Assembly (NCBI GenBank): GCA_977030845.1
Contig: OZ365110.1
Span: 20,150,001-20,214,000 of the forward strand
DNA length: 64,000 nucleotides
Direction of reading: 5' to 3'
Source: Fimbriosthenelais zetlandica
Taxonomy: Eukaryota
Position numbers and translations under genes: made by a program. This document shows positions 13,560 through 29,040 of this stretch, piece by piece; positions within the stretch are counted from its first letter, which is position 1, and the number at the start of each line of letters is the position of its first letter. The notes under the pieces were generated by a model, which saw only the letters and a program-made list of their open reading frames with translations, did not search any database and was not told where the DNA came from.

Positions 13560-14400
13560 AGCTAGATACTACTTCCTTCTGCTTATAGGGTAGCACAGCC
13601 AATATTGATTGCTCCCCACTGCTTTCTCCCCCTCCCCCTCCTCTCCTCTTCCTCCTATCCCTTCTCCCAGGAGCAGCCAAATTATGGAGCTTCCAGCCTT
13701 CCCATTCACGTGTGATAAATTCCTCATAGTTCTTACCCATCCAGCTAATACTTCACGCTTCAAAGAAGCCTGAATTATGCCAGCAGACGCGGAAAAAGAG
13801 GAAGAACCAGCTAACAGCAGTGAAAGGCATAGCAGAATAATTTCATTCGATCAAATTCCCCATGAAGACCTTTTTTAAGGGAAAAAGAAGGGCCTTAATA
13901 AAGCACCAACTGGCTCTGGGCTCTGGGACCGGAAGTATCCTGGGTGCATCCGCCAATATCTGGGTCATTAATTCTGGTGCTGACGGATAGACGTCAGGGG
14001 CAAGTGAAGGATGATCAGTTTGGCTGCCCCTTGTCTGACCTAGATAGATTCCAGAGATCGATTATATCGATTGGTTCATAAAGCGTGATTGGGCTTCCTT
14101 TGCAATATTTAATGATAGATGGAAGTTATCTGACACTTCTGAATCAATTAGTCATTTGCATGTTTGGGGTCGCATGCCAATTAACTCCTACCTGGCAAGC
14201 ACTAGAGAGATGGGCGACATTCCACTATGATTTTTTTTGGATGAGTTCTTCAGTCAATTGCCACTATGTGGCCATCTCTTCTCTATATAGAACGATGAAG
14301 CAGACTGACTGCATGCCGGTTGCTAGTTCCTCGTAGGAACTGAATCATGAAGTCATTGACAAGTCCAAAGTTAAAAATAGAGGCACGTGCCACAGGCGTT
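13560..14400 (-). mobile_element. DIRS-like tyrosine-recombinase region remnant
   Basis: Minus-strand motifs in the expected order: NDFMIQFLRGTSNRH (cf. HPLVxRFLKG), PEPVGALL (cf. CPVxAL), KREVLAGWVR (cf. xxLxRWIK). Frameshifted. Confidence 0.3.
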
Positions 14401-17400
14401 GGAATTACATCTTAATCAGGCTCAAATATGGAGGATGTGGATAATTGCAGCATGCAACATCATCCTTGATTTCAGTAATTATGAATGGGAAGTGTTTCAA
14501 TGGCGGAGGACAAAAGGCTCTTAATAAGGAACCTTATGCCCCTTAAATCAGGTTCATGCAGAGCATCAAGATTGTATCACGTTCATGCTGCTCCTTTATC
14601 ATAATCGCCGTCTCCTCTGTGGTCGGCCAATGTGCCTATAATGCCAATAACGTCTTCATAAGTATATTCATGAAATCCAACACTTTAATGGCTTCAATGT
14701 GCCCCGAGGAGCAAAGGGACAGGTTTACACGCGCCAGGAGTTGACTTTGTGATCTTGACATCCATTCCTGGTACCAGGTGTTGTTATGGTGGATAATAAT
14801 CTTTGCAGCTTACAAAGTGACGCCTGTGGCTGACACCCATTTCCATGTACTACTGATCATCGTCTCATGCCTTTCTTCTGAGCACCCAAGGGAAGTTGCT
14901 TCGTCTCAAAAACAGGTCTTTCTGAAAAGACAGATTGGCAGGCAATGAAATGGCCTATATAATTGAATACACCAGTTTCTTTTTTAAATGACTGAATATT
15001 TTCATTACGTTTGCTACGTTCAAAATTAGAATAGAATAATTATATGAAAACCCTAAAAACTTCCCAAAATATGACTTTCCAATTGAGTAAGTAACGCGAA
15101 TTCTGTGTATGCATATTAAAAGATTTTTGAGAGGGAAAAATGAAATGCTGGAGGAATAAGAACAAAGGTTTATGTGAGACAAAATATCTGATCATGACAA
15201 GTGGAGGAGGAAAGCGGGGAAGTATGATTAAGTTGAACACAAAGAAGAGCTAAGAAATTGGCAATAAAAGGCAAAAACGATATTTAAGTGTGACAAAAAT
15301 AGCCAGGCCGAAAGGTAATACACAATAGTAGTTGAATATTATTGACAGAGGAAAGCATTGAGGAATAAACCGAGACAAAACATTATAACTTTGAATTAAT
15401 ATCGATGCACTAAAGAGGGATATTTGTCCCATACACCCATTAATCAGGCACTTTTCATATTTGGTGTTTCTTTGAAATGACATTTATTATGGCGGTTCCA
15501 GTTTGGGCGGTCAAAATGTCAGTGTTGAAAATGTTTGGCATTAGGCTTTGAAGTGTTGACCACCATGGAGGCACAACTAAAGGACAGGGTCGAATGTGAA
15601 AGATATGAAAGGAGAAACTTAGTTGTACGATGATCACATTCGTTTAATTTAGGCCCTGATGCTAGAGAGGCATTTTATAATTATGTAAATTCATCATGAC
15701 AGAATTATTATTTTAAGACATGAGAGGTGGATTGTCTTATTTATATGTGACATAGTGGAGACAGGGCTTACGATCATCAACAACTACATCTTGAGACTAA
15801 TAGGTAGCCACACCATTAAGGCAAAACAAAAAAACTGAGTTGGATTTATTTTTATGTTATCACCAACTGGCTGGCCACCCATTGTGTTCTGAATCATTAT
15901 ACTAAGAAACATTTTAGAGGTCCACGTGTGTCAGATAAAAGGATCAAAATGATATGCCATTAGCGATATACTGAAGGCACTAAAACATACCGAATTATAA
16001 ACAGTCCTTTATTCCATATTTTTTCTTCAATGTGACAAAGAACAGAGATTCTGACGAAACCTTCTGTTTTAAAAATCCATTCTGAAACGGTATTTACCAA
16101 AGGAAACTTTTTAAACACTGTTTCAAAGGAGTCATTCTGACTATGATTATCATTAAAATTCTGAAAATAGTTTAACGATTCTAGGTTTTATGCCGACAAT
16201 GATGAGGGGGATTTGTGGGTCTTGGAATATGAGTAGGATTTCCACATTCTCGATCCTGTGTATTGATCATGGGTTGATAATACTAGATACCAATAATATA
16301 AGCATTTGCAGAAGACGAAACAATGCTGAATGAGTTTCGTTTGATATTTTACCCAGTCACCTTCTCTGACCCAAAATCCATTGAAATACAACAATAGTTG
16401 CTGCTGTGTAATTATGCCTTTAGGACCTCTATTGAACTATTATGTAAGATTTGGTTAATATATGCCAACTGCTTTAAATTTACCATCGACAGATGAGCAG
16501 CTTCTGCTCTACATTATTTGCCAACCTTCAGCAAAATCTAATCCTGTGTCCAGTTGGGATGTTATTCATGTATACTAGGAACAAACTACCAAGGGAAATC
16601 ACACAATCTCGAGGCGAATGATCACAGTGGCATTGCATCCTGAATGGGGATGTGAACGTGTCATGCCTGCAATAAGACAATGAGCAAATGAATTGCTCAT
16701 CTATTGAGAGGAGTGCTATCATTTTGTTATTTTATGTAGCAGATGAGTTAAGTACTGTGTGGGCACCCAAATCAATGGCGGCATCACTAGCTTTAAATGC
16801 ATCCCCATGCATTGTGCCATACATAAAAGGATATTAAAAGCATTTCATCGTCCAATGGTTTTTTACTTCACAGATAATTCCTCGTCGATCACTTGAAAAT
16901 AATGTTTTGTGCAATCATTTAGATCCTATGGGTGATTAATGCATACGACAGTAATAAAAGCAGCTTCCGTCGTGGTCCCCAGTGTAAAATATCCTGCAAA
17001 ATCAGCCTTGCGAGAAGGTGAGCCATACATCACCTTCAAGCCTTTCAATAAAAACCAGTATAAATAATTCAGCTCAGATGATGTATTCAATTTGCTCTTC
17101 GTCAGTTACAGTTAGGGACCTTTCAGTTTGAGCAATTGAAGCGGTACACTGAGGTGTTGAAAACCCATGGTGTACAGTTTGACAGTTCGGGTTGGGTTCC
17201 AGATGGGGGCATTGCTCTTATTATGGCTGTCGTTCACATGCTTTCGTCTAAGCTTGTTTAGAGGATATTGTCCACTGCTTTAAAGACCTGTGTTTTTGTC
17301 ATCAGGTATTAACCTCAGGTGAACCAGGCCCGGGTCAAATGCATGGAGAGGGTCCAATTCATGTCCACAGTCCGCCTTGGCTTGTCATTGGTTCAGTCTG

Positions 17401-19334
17401 GGTAGAGGTCAAGCACCTGCCACTCAGACTCAAACCCAGCTGACCTGTATGGTGTCAAGGGAACCCTTCCATACTGACCACATGATATATATTCACCTCC
17501 AGCAGGAAATTTCCATTGGGTCCAGGCAAGATGAATGTCAGCAAACTTGGGGAAAAGAAAGACAAAATGGCAGGTACATTTCCAAGACATGCCTTGCGGA
17601 TCCACGCAGAAACTTTAGTACCAGAAAGAAACTAATAGAAATGACAGGTAAATCAGCTATTATAATTGGACCATCTGATGTCCTGTCAGAATAGGAACAA
17701 TATTCTACAAAGATTAGGGAAACTGAACTGGACATAATGAAAAGTTCAATGCTTTTAAAAAATCTGAACTCCCGTACAAATCCATGTTGATTCCATGAAT
17801 TGCAAGAGCAACGAAATTGCATGTCCGGTCCAGCCATTAACCCCTAATTACTGTAATTGATGTTAAATTGGTGGCTGTTTGGTCATTTTCATTCCTTGGA
17901 GCAATAGGACCTTATGATATTTATAATTGAAACAAACTATGTTTACGAGTCAAATAAAACGGACAAGAATGATATGAACAAGCAGTTTGGGATTAATTAT
18001 AGTTATGAAAAGCAAATTATAGAACCAAACTTGGAGGTTACGCTAAACAGGTATTGCTTTATTGGTCTATAGCAATTATTTTAAATCCCTCAATGCTCTT
18101 TCCCGGTATCCGTTCTGATGGTGTTCTAAGGAGCATTAAAGCTAAGGGAAATTGCTGTCTCATACATAGAGAAAGCAATGCAAATCAGGCGCTAGCGTGA
18201 CTAGCTGACACTGTCATTAGGCACTCCTAACTAAATGTGCCACAAGCAATCAGTGGTGGGCAAATTCAAAGACTGAGACTGGCTGGGAGAATATCCTTGG
18301 CATAATCTGATTGAACACATTCCAGGACGGCTTTGCCTTCCCTGGGTGTGATGTCACACACTTCATATCACACTTGTCTTTAAAATGGTACCACTTCTGG
18401 AATCGATTGTTACAAACACCGGATTTATACTGAAAACTGTCAAGAAGAATTTGGGAACCTTGGGGACATTTTACCTTGATTTTCTACTTTTAATAGAGGT
18501 TGATAATGTAAACTGTACATCTGAAATATTTTCATTCGGAGACCGACCACTCACCACTTGTAGGAAATGAATATCTGATAACTATTTATGTATGACTGAT
18601 TGAGGTTAATGAAACCAATTACTTTTTATTTAAGTCCCCATGTATTCAGATGTGCATACAACCATCTCTTTTATATACTTCATACATTTCCATTTTTCCC
18701 TCATAATATCAATGGAAGTCAAAGCAAAGATCATATATCAATATTATGTCTCCTTTCGCCCCACACCGCTCATTTCTCATGCCTCTGCCACTATTCCATA
18801 GTCTAACTCTCCTTAGTCTATCAACTATGACAGCAGTCAGATTCCCCAGGCATCCCTTTCCTCAACATGGCATATCTTGTTATAAATGTCTTGCTGTATT
18901 TCAATGGTGGCGCCCTATGGTCGGGATGTTCTATGACAAGCCTCGCGTGCTATCATCCTGCCATGCAAATCTTTGGCTTCTTTTTCAAAGACCTCAAGAA
19001 ATCTTCTGCATTACGCTGGAAATATATTTATCAATGCAAACTCTCCTTTTTTCTAGCCTATACAAAAGACGCAAAAAAAACTTGTTTTGGCACGCGGGAC
19101 TATTTTCTAAAGGTTCTTTATACTTTGCATGCTGGTCTGTTTGTGGTTAATTCGCATGTCTGCGTGAAACTGGTTACCTGTTCTCATAGTTTGAGATTTT
19201 GTTTTTGTTTCTGCGTTGAGAGAAACTGGAAACATGCAAAGCATCTTTTGTAAATAAAAAAATTCACTTTTTTAGAATGCAATTGTAGTCCCTTTCAGGC
19301 TCTGGATAAGTGGAGAATGGTATTTGAGTTTGGG

Positions 19335-19870
19335 CTAGCATATTAAAGTCAATAATTTGAAATAAAATCTATCTCTTTGCACCCATGATACCTCAGGGGA
19401 ATAGCAGTTTAATAAAATAAAATTTTTGAATAGCGCAGTGGGTGAAACCAGAGACAATTCTAATGGCCTCTGGTGACCAACTATCATCACTGGACATTGG
19501 GCTATCATTATGCTGTCTCTAAGGGCCTGTTTAGCCACCTTTTGTTGCCTTTCACACGGTGCCCTTCCCCACTCCTCCACAGCTTCTTCATTCCTACCCG
19601 TCTACCACTATCTCCAGGGGTTGTCTTGGGGAGCTGTTGGATTCTCGGGGATGTTGATTGACCACACTCTCGTGTAAACCTGACGTGCCCAATTCTCCAA
19701 AATGCCCAATTCTCCGTGCCAAAACAGTGTATGTAGTCCACATACTCTCTCCTGTCACATTAGTATGCCAAGAAGCCAGGCACTGCCTCTCCCGGCAAGC
19801 CACGACTTCTGCCGCAGATGGTGAGGATCGGGGTCTCCCAAAAGGATGCATCCTGGGTGCTATTATTGCC
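19335..19870 (-). mobile_element. LINE APE endonuclease remnant
   Basis: Minus-strand HPGCILLGDPDPHH (~19818-19859) resembles the APE motif ILLGDFNAHH. Confidence 0.35.
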
Positions 19871-22800
19871 TAGAATAGATACTTGGAATGAGGCTATTGG
19901 AATGAAATGCATCTTTCATTCACAAAGTAGGTATATAGGATCAACTTTAGATATCTATTGTGGATGTATATAATACATGTATATAATAACTGCATTATTT
20001 AGTGTCCGTTAATGCATTGGGAGTGAGACTTGCACTTTCATTATTATGCATGGAATGGTATCTATTATTCAATGACGAGTCGAACTATGACTAAATATAA
20101 TTTAAGCTGCTTTTAGCATACCTGATATCTATAAATCTTTGACAATACATTCATCACAATTCTGTATCTAGTAACTGACTCTGATCTGTCGTGCCTCATT
20201 ATCTTCGCAGTCCCAAGTCAATTGATAAACTTGTGTGTAGAGCTGGTAACAATAGCATAATGAATGAAAAGGTGCTGTCAGACAGTGGCTATTATAAAAC
20301 TGTGGAACACACTATAATATATTAGGCATATGATAGCTTCCCCAGGGATAATACGAATCATTATAGCTGCCTTGATCCAGAAATCGCGTGTTGATATCTA
20401 TTTAACATTGACCTGTCTAGACCAAGCCATAATGAGAAAAACCTCGGATCTATCATTGCTAGAGCTATTCTCCCCCCACCATGAAGAATACCAAAGCCTT
20501 GGTGTCTTCCAGGTGTACAATACCAGCTTGGCAGTGCACCATAGGGATGGATGCTTCACACTCTTCAAAGGCCCAGGTCTTTTTATTCACCGGGAGAAGT
20601 GCATTTAAAATATAAAATTGGCTTTAATGTCTCAAAATTTATGGTAAAGGAGAATGGTATAAGAACATGAATTGATGAGAAGTAACAGAAGGCAACCAAA
20701 TTTAGTGGTTGACAACACATCCTAGTGTATCCTTGGCTTTATAGGCACTATTCTCTGAGTCATTGAACTGAATGAGCTGTTAGCACAATACCCGCGAAGG
20801 CTGCACTTGGGAAGGCAATCCTAATTTAGCTGGCCAAGATTGCCTCGCAAGATGTTCATCGATGCATTCAGATTTGACATTCAAATTCTCAGCTCTTCTC
20901 GTCAAATAGGAGGAGTGGCTCTAAATCAGCTTATCCCAGCCTAGGTGCCATTAAATTTTCGTTAGTTGGCTATTTAGGGAATAAGGCCTGAGCACAATTT
21001 TCCTCCCAGCTAGGTGTGGTAGATTGCAATTTGAGGGGGCGGTGCATCCCCGGAGGCTTCTCTAAGGCCACACACTACATCTGCTTTGTTAGGCAAAGCT
21101 ATACTGTACTCAACACATTACACAATCAAAGCCTTCTGAGGATTCATAATGAGAAGGTCTAACTTAGAAGGTGTCTAATTTGGGGACTAGTGTGATAGTC
21201 GAGCGGAGAATGACAGGTCTTAAATAAATGATAGCATTTTATTGAATTGTATATACTTTACAGACAGTGTTACAAACTGGGCTGCATACTACATGTATAT
21301 ATACAGATGTCATAATTATATTATACTAGATTATAATATACCAGATGACATTTATACCCAAAGCGCCAACCCTTGAGAGAGAATGTCAGATTTGGTCAGA
21401 TATTATCTATCTGACGCTCTTATTTTGACCACGAGTTCCCGGGTAAAATTATCTGGCACTACCAATTGGCGGACTTAAATATCTGGTGCCATTATTGGGC
21501 CACACTCACTACCTGACAATGGTATTTGGCCGTAGAGAATAACTGGCCTGCCCACTGCCAAACCCTGGGAGAAAAAGCCTAATTATATAGGTCTGCATAC
21601 CATAAATATACCAGACAGTATAATATGGCATACAGTGATACACTTTATACTAGACTGTATGTGAATCTCACTATCATTCCAGATTCTTATAGTAACATGC
21701 TGGACAGAAGAGCCCAGGCTAGCCCTCTTGATCTCAGCACCCGTTACAATGCATTATGCATTTCGTCCACAGTTTCTTCTAGGTATAGGTCATGTCTGCA
21801 AGTCAGTCCTGAAGACCTTGCCAGAGGCACTCTCAACTACTCCTTTTCTTCGTCCAGCCATTCCACCAATCATTCTGTTAGATTGCCAGTCCTGGTTTTT
21901 TCCTAGTAAGAATATAATATTTGAGGATGAAGACTGAACGCTCCTAGTCCAACGTGGACATTATTCATCAAACGTTCATGCAGGACTTAGTATCATTCCA
22001 ATCTATCTTATTACCTGCATGCGTTATGATTAATTAAGAGATTGGAATACAAAAAAAACAGTTTACATGGCACTTAAATTTCTGACAAATAATGATGCTG
22101 TCATCCCTAAGCGACTGAGAAGAAAATGAGAGGCCACCGAGCCAGGCAGTTTGACATTAGGGATACATTGGAATTAGTGTCATTGCAACACGTGCCTTTT
22201 TATTTTGGCCTCCGTAAAGCCTGTGTGTTAGGAGACAGCTTTAAATACCGGCCTGTTGCTGATACTTTGACATTCTCACTGTCTTCTCCACTCTCCAGAC
22301 GCCCAATACATGTGCTTGCAAGCAATCAGATACTGTCAATCCCTTCCATCTGGGGAACTGTTCTTTCTTTGAAATTTGAATGGGTTGATGTTTCAGGCCT
22401 CTTTTTGTCTGGTCAGGTCTTATTTTCCTTGGGAGGGGTGGGGGTTGAGGATTGCCATTCGTCATTGAAATGAGGGGATGAGTGAAAAAGTAGAAAATGT
22501 CCAATTTAACTTGTAGGCGAAAGTGAAGGAAATATCCCAGGGTGACAACCATTTTTTTCATCTTGCGTCTTGTGCCTCAAGGTATAATGGTACTGTTATA
22601 GAAGGGAATAAGGAATCACTCCTTGGTTGCCTTTATGGAGAGGTATCAAAAATATCATAGGCAAGATGACATGTGTGTCAATTGTGGATAGGTCAGACAT
22701 GGGAAAGGTCAGTTACACCATGGGAATAGCAAGTTTTCTGCCAGACACGCAAGGAAATAATCTAGATGACTTGACTTTTCCTTTATAGTGAGAGGAGCAC

Positions 22801-23400
22801 AGTGTATGGTTTCTATGCGTACTGTTTTATAAGGTGGAAATATAAGTGTGTCTTCCCATTAGTGACCTATACTATATTTAAGAGAGTCTGCAATCTATAG
22901 GCCTATAGTAAACTTATTATACAGTATGTTTTGATACATATAGTGCCATTAGGCGAAACAAAATAAATGTGTTTAGCGTCACCAAATTTGTCATCAAAGT
23001 TAGGTCGATGGAAATAACAAAAGTGACTTGTATATCCATATGGGTGTTCATTTCTTTGCATTTTTAATTATAATTGTGTAACCAAAGGATTCACGGTTAG
23101 GCCTACTTGAAAGTGTGTGGACTGTGGAGGACATGTATGCACTGAGAGCCCCCGTTCAACATGACCCGACCTACCTGCAGTGACTCCCTCTCGCGTCAAT
23201 TACTGGCAATTCATTAGAACAATGTCAAGTAGGCCTACATTATCATAGAAGGTTTTATATATTTTTTTGGGAAAAAATAATTATTTATCAAGTTATTTCA
23301 AGTAAACCATTGGACCCATCAAGTCAGAGCATGCTCGCCATGTGTGACGTAAGCACACCCCGGGCACACCCTCCCTTGTCCCACCCTCCCACCCAAACAA

Positions 23401-23698
23401 TGTGGCGGAATATCAGGCACTACAAGGCTATTACAAACAAAAGAGAATAATTTACTCGGAGAGCGAAAGTGGGGAAAATAATGTTGTTTCTACAACTTGT
23501 TATATAAATCATTGCCATTGGGCGTCTGTCATATCTGGCGGGAAAGATTGTCTATGTTTTAAACGCTCGATCTCTGTCTATGAGGCCCCTTATGTTGTGA
23601 ATAATAGTAATAAATTAAAGATGGCTACTCTGAGGCTCAAACACATGTGTCTGGCTCAGTCAACTCTGAGGTTTACCATGTTTCTCACAATTATTACA
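23401..23698 (+). mobile_element. Solo LTR (Gypsy-type), 298 bp
   Basis: Begins TGTGGCG and ends TTATTACA (TG...CA). AATAAA at 23609-23614. Flanked by the 4-bp direct repeat ACAA (23397-23400 and 23699-23702). Confidence 0.6.
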
Positions 23699-26600
23699 AC
23701 AAGTTGGACAACAGAAACGGACAGGATTAAGTCTATATTAAACAGAGGGCTCCAGTGGCAGTGTGACAAAACAGTAGGTCCATTGTTTTCTTTCTCTCCC
23801 TATGCTCTGTATCTTGGGGTTTGGGATGGCCTCACACAGCCAGGCAAGATGGTTGAATGGTGATGATTTGTATAGCTTTTGACAATTTGAAAATGGGTTT
23901 CTCTTCTCACAAAGACTCTAATGGGACCGTTTTAATTGAGAATGCGATTTTGTTGGTAGTTCACAGTTCACTCTACACGATACTAGTCATTATTTGCCCT
24001 TAAAAATACACTTTCGTTTGAGACGGTAAACACAACAATCATTTTGTGGGGCTTATGCATGGAGTGTCTAAATCTTTGTTTATCAAAGCTCTCAAGAATT
24101 CAGCGATCAGCAAATTTTATCCTGTATAGGAATGCAGAAATACAGGATCATAAGATTTTGATCTAGAGCTAAGTTTTGCTTTTCTATTGGGAGAAATGAT
24201 AAGACTTATACTTTGTCTACGGATAATCGCTTTAAGAAGAACTGCTCCGCGTACTTCAAAGGCTTACTGATACCTGCGTTCACATGTCCGTGTCAGATAA
24301 ATCCTCTGCTTTACAAATCAGCAGGAAATTTGGTTCAATATCTGGAAGAAATGAATCTAGCTGGTCGACTGCAGTTGGCGTTCAATATGGTGGAGGCTTG
24401 ATGAGTCAATATAATGGTTTCCTTGAGGTCCATAGACTTCCTCTTCACTATCTGAATCGAAGTCCCCATAATGAAATGTTTGTACCTATAACTATAGTGA
24501 AGGGACCTGTAATCAGAACGTTCCGTAATGATTATCCATGGATATTTGTTAATGATAATCTAGTTAGTTCTGTTAGTTTTATTAGGAGATTTAATCGATC
24601 ATTTAATGCTTACGATGTCTGGATGTCTGGACATGGAAGGTAATCATATCACCCCCCAAAAATATCCATACCAAAAATTACAGAAACTAGAGAAAGTGTT
24701 ATATTTACTGAGCTGCGTGAATGAGATAGAGTCGTTCATCTCCTGGAGCCAGGAGAATTGATCCATGTGGATCATTTCATTGAATGCATACGCAATCTCT
24801 GTACCGTGTACCTTTCGTGGGAAATTTATTCTAAACCCCCCTGAGCCCGTAGCATGACAGATCCATGTGATCAGAACCGGAAATGTTGTCCGTGCATGCG
24901 CATCCAAAAAGGATGCCAGGGGCCTGTTTCAATGCAAAAATATCCCATAGACTTAGCGTTGCTAATGGTTGTTTTAAAAGTCCCCAGATCCGGTCATGCT
25001 TAGAAAATGAATGGCTACAGCTATATTTCATATGCAATCTATAATCAAGGCCATTAATGGTGACCCTTGGGAATAATCATCGCTCAGATCCAATGAAAAT
25101 TTGTAATTTAATCCCAAGAAAAGCATCTTTACAAGTTGTTTATTTCAAAAATATAAGAACGGAGCAAACGGAAGGCGTCCATAAACATTACCTGGTAATA
25201 ACACTTGCAGTGTTGTAGGCTAATGTTCTTCACAAGTTCAGTGCCCCGAGGAAATTTCCTTCCAAAAAAAGCATTTCAGTTGGAAATGTGCAAATCGTTC
25301 CAGCTTTGCAATGATTCCTAATCATTTTGAAGAAGTTGATTAAATAACCCTTACCTAAAAATGAAAAGTTATCTATGGATATATCATCGTATTATATAAT
25401 TTCAGCTTCGGTTTAAAATTAATTCACATGTCTCTGACTTTTGAATATCACTACGCCTCTCCTCAACAAGCTCTCCCCGAGTGACATTGGCTTCTCAGAT
25501 TGGCTCATCACTGAATCATTTTCTATCAAATATTTGCTTCCAAATATTTGCCACCCAAAAGTGCTGGGAGATGATTTGTGTGGCACGGCTTCTGAGAAAT
25601 AAAGCCTTCTCGGATAAAAATTATTTACTTAGAAAATATTGATGTTGTTGATGATTTTTACACATTCATCGTACTGATGCCTTATTGCAAAATGTGATCT
25701 CAACATATAATGCTTGCCAATCAGATATCTAATGAAACTTCTCCCTAGTTAATTAAGAGACAGCTTCTAATTATTATAGCCTTTAACATTGGTCCTTATT
25801 TCATATATATGCATCATGGTTGTTAATGTTCAATTCAGTCGTCTATTAGTTAATATTTTATATATTAAATTTTATTACATTTCATTATACCCTGTTACTG
25901 GAACACAAACTTCGTGTTACATTGAATTATTGGAGCAGAGGAGATGCAATGTCATGTTTAATTTAATATTGTGTCTATTCCCCTTATTCAATCATCAAAG
26001 GAAACAAAAAAGCCTGTTTTCCTCGCGAATTGGCTATTAAAAAATGAATCCCAATGGGCTTTGTTTGACATAAAACCTCCAGAGGCCCTAGCTTAGTTTT
26101 CACTCCATTTTAAAATGATAAAGGCACTTCCGGACAATCCAAGAGAGAGTTATGTTCTAAAAGCAACCAGAAAGCGTCTCTAATGATTGGACGGGGCCGG
26201 GCAGAAACTTCAGTATGGGAATTTGACTTCCAAAGATTGAATCCCCCAATGAGGAAACGACATCAATCATCAGTTGGGGCCAGGTTATGGGACATTCAGC
26301 CTCAATAGTGAATGACAAGAATGTCTAATGCAAGTCCCTGATTGTATTTTATAGGGGAGATAATCTTGGGCTGTCGTTTGCCCCTGAAAGCTCTGATGAC
26401 ATCCAATTCATCTCACGCTGACATTTGCGCCTGCCTGATCGACCATGAAAATTATAGGCATTCCTGATGATCCGTCTTCATTTTTTCAGTTTTGAACATA
26501 ATTAGAATTCACTGCTGCCAGGTGATGTGGTGTGTTTGCAGAGATCTCCACTTTGAAATATGGATCAATTATAATTTCTTTCTGAAGGACATGGGCGTTA

Positions 26601-28699
26601 GATTACATCTTTGCCTCTTTAGGGATGGTTTATGGTCGTGACCTTATTTTGATTTTTGTCCTTTCACATCGCGGATTTAAAATGCCTTTGATGTCTGCTA
26701 TTATGTGATGATTTTTTTTTATTTAATGCCTGATGCACTGTCGGAAATCAATGCAACACCATCGATGGTCCTTCAGCTATGAAATACTTCAAAGACATTT
26801 GTCAAAATTCAAGTTCATCGTGAAAATAATTGGCGTCTAATGCAAAATTATTGAATTTTCGTTAGTCCAGTTTGCTATTTATCAGAAAATATTATTAGAT
26901 AAGATCATACCTGACGTGAGGAATTTAATTATTGAAAATTGACGCCTTTAAAATGTTATATGAGGGAAGCTCGGTCTGGGAAGCCACATTTGTACACTAC
27001 ACAGATCAGATTAAGATTTGTCCACAAGGTTATCTAGGAACCATTGCTGAAGCTGAATTGTTAACACTCGCTATCAATATCCATTTGCCTTGTGGGACAC
27101 CACCACTTAGCTATATACCTTTACCTGTAATAATATTTCTGCGCATCTGCAGAAAATGTACATTTGGTAACAAATAGTGTATATTAATATGGCAATGGAT
27201 ATGAAAGCTCTGCCTCGAAAACCGTTTGACGTTTTCAGGCAGGCACGACCATACCCTGACCAAAAGTAAATTAACGTTGTGCAGTATATGCTGAATTACT
27301 TCTGAGAGTGATGAATAATGTAGGCCCCTCGACTCGGTGGGAAAGAAAAATGCATTTGAACATTAGAATTGGATTTAGCCTGTCACTTGACTTACATATA
27401 GCCACTCACTTTCTAATCCAACCATCTCCTCCCGCCTACTCACCCACCTCTTCGAACAGCAATCAAGACAGCGAAATGTTTTTTTCTTCAGACAACACAT
27501 TGAAAACAAGATAAAGGCACCAGAATAATTACAGGGGTTTTTTTCTTGTTGGGAAAGGCAAAGGCTGGGGTGCTACTTCAATAGAATGTAGGTAGGGTAA
27601 GCTGATAATAGGGGACCTTATTGCTTCTGGCCATAATCCCCAAGATGCTTGCATTGCCTGCAACTTAATTTAGTAGCGGCATCGTGAGAATTGCTACAGT
27701 CTAATTTGCATAATGAACTTTATCCAGCCAGGCAACATATGAAATCCTTACTGCAAGTAAAAAGGATGTATGAGGGGATTTAGGTAAAGACCCCATGTCT
27801 CTGACACTATTTGGGACGAGGTGGCCGGATAGAATGGGGTCCAACTTGCTGTGATCACATAGATAAAAGGCTGTACTGTGAAAATCTCATAAAAACATGA
27901 GATGGGCGAAATGTAAGGATTATGCATGGATTGCGTTTCTCACAGCCTGCAGTGGTTAACTGTATCATTTGAGACGTTACATGAGAGATGTCATTGACTT
28001 TGACTTCATATACAGTCATATCAAAGTATGATGTATGCCATAGCCTGCAGTTATGGCATGTTTACAGGATGAGATTCTCTGCCCCCCATTCTTATTTTTA
28101 TCTCATTATTAGAAAATCGAAATGCAGGGAACTGAAAACTACTTTTTGAATTTATCAAGGACCAAATTTAACCATGCTGGTAATACTATATTTTAAGGGG
28201 AGTGAGAGAGTACTCATTCAAGTATGATGGGCATGCAAGTAACTAATGCTTTCTGGAGTGAAAACCCACCGTTTTCTAAGCACTATAAACGGCAATCACA
28301 GAACAAATGGCTCAACATTTGGCATTTTATTGTAATGTGCCGTTAAAATCAATATTTATTCTAAACCTCCTAAGGATACTGCCACATGGTGCCATAACAT
28401 CATTTAGAAAGAATTTACGATCATGGGAAATGGCATCCAAATCACCCAGTGGCGGGCTGTTTGTGTTTTCAATTTTTTTTTCGCCCAACTTTGCGAGCTG
28501 ATAAGTGGCCTGATTGTTCAGAGAGAAAGAGAGGGAGAGAAGGAGAGGAAAACCATTCAGTGCACGATCCAACAGCAAACAATGCAATAACGTCTCTTCA
28601 GGTTGCTTTAATGCATTCCTGAAGCGATTGTGTTTCATATATTGTAAACAAAATGCACAATGACTCAGCGGTTATCTACCTATTGTAATCACACCTGGT

Positions 28700-29040
28700 T
28701 CCCATAGGGTTAATAACAAAACTGTTGTTGCTAGATTAGTCTGCCTTGGGCTATTTTCAAGCCCCCCACCCAACACCCTGCCTGTACACAGGCGTTTGCC
28801 TATCTTATCACGCCCACCATTGCTGTGAACGCCCGGGCTATCTGTGGCCATAATTGCATTTTGTTTCTTATCAGTGCCACCGCCATTCCAATCATCATTC
28901 ACTTTACACAAGCACTGCTGCATTCTTTCCTCAGCCAGACACGGCAATCGGATGCCAGCTATGTATGTGGTATTAATGACCACCCAGTACATAGCCCAGG
29001 AATGGTTGTAGTTTCTCTGCCCATCTCCATGTAGATGTAA
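28700..29040 (-). mobile_element. Possible DIRS RT/RNase H remnant
   Basis: Minus-strand LQPFLGYVL, then ATDSPG (cf. FLG..ID and TDAS). Weak. Confidence 0.2.

Noticed and set aside
17410-17460. Plus-strand SDSNPADL resembling the BEL/Pao NPAD motif (a potential exception to the strand bias)
   Set aside because: Isolated motif; the expected SRG and WWxGP continuation is absent. The 16.2-17.8 kb block looks TE-derived, but I could not assign its family or strand.
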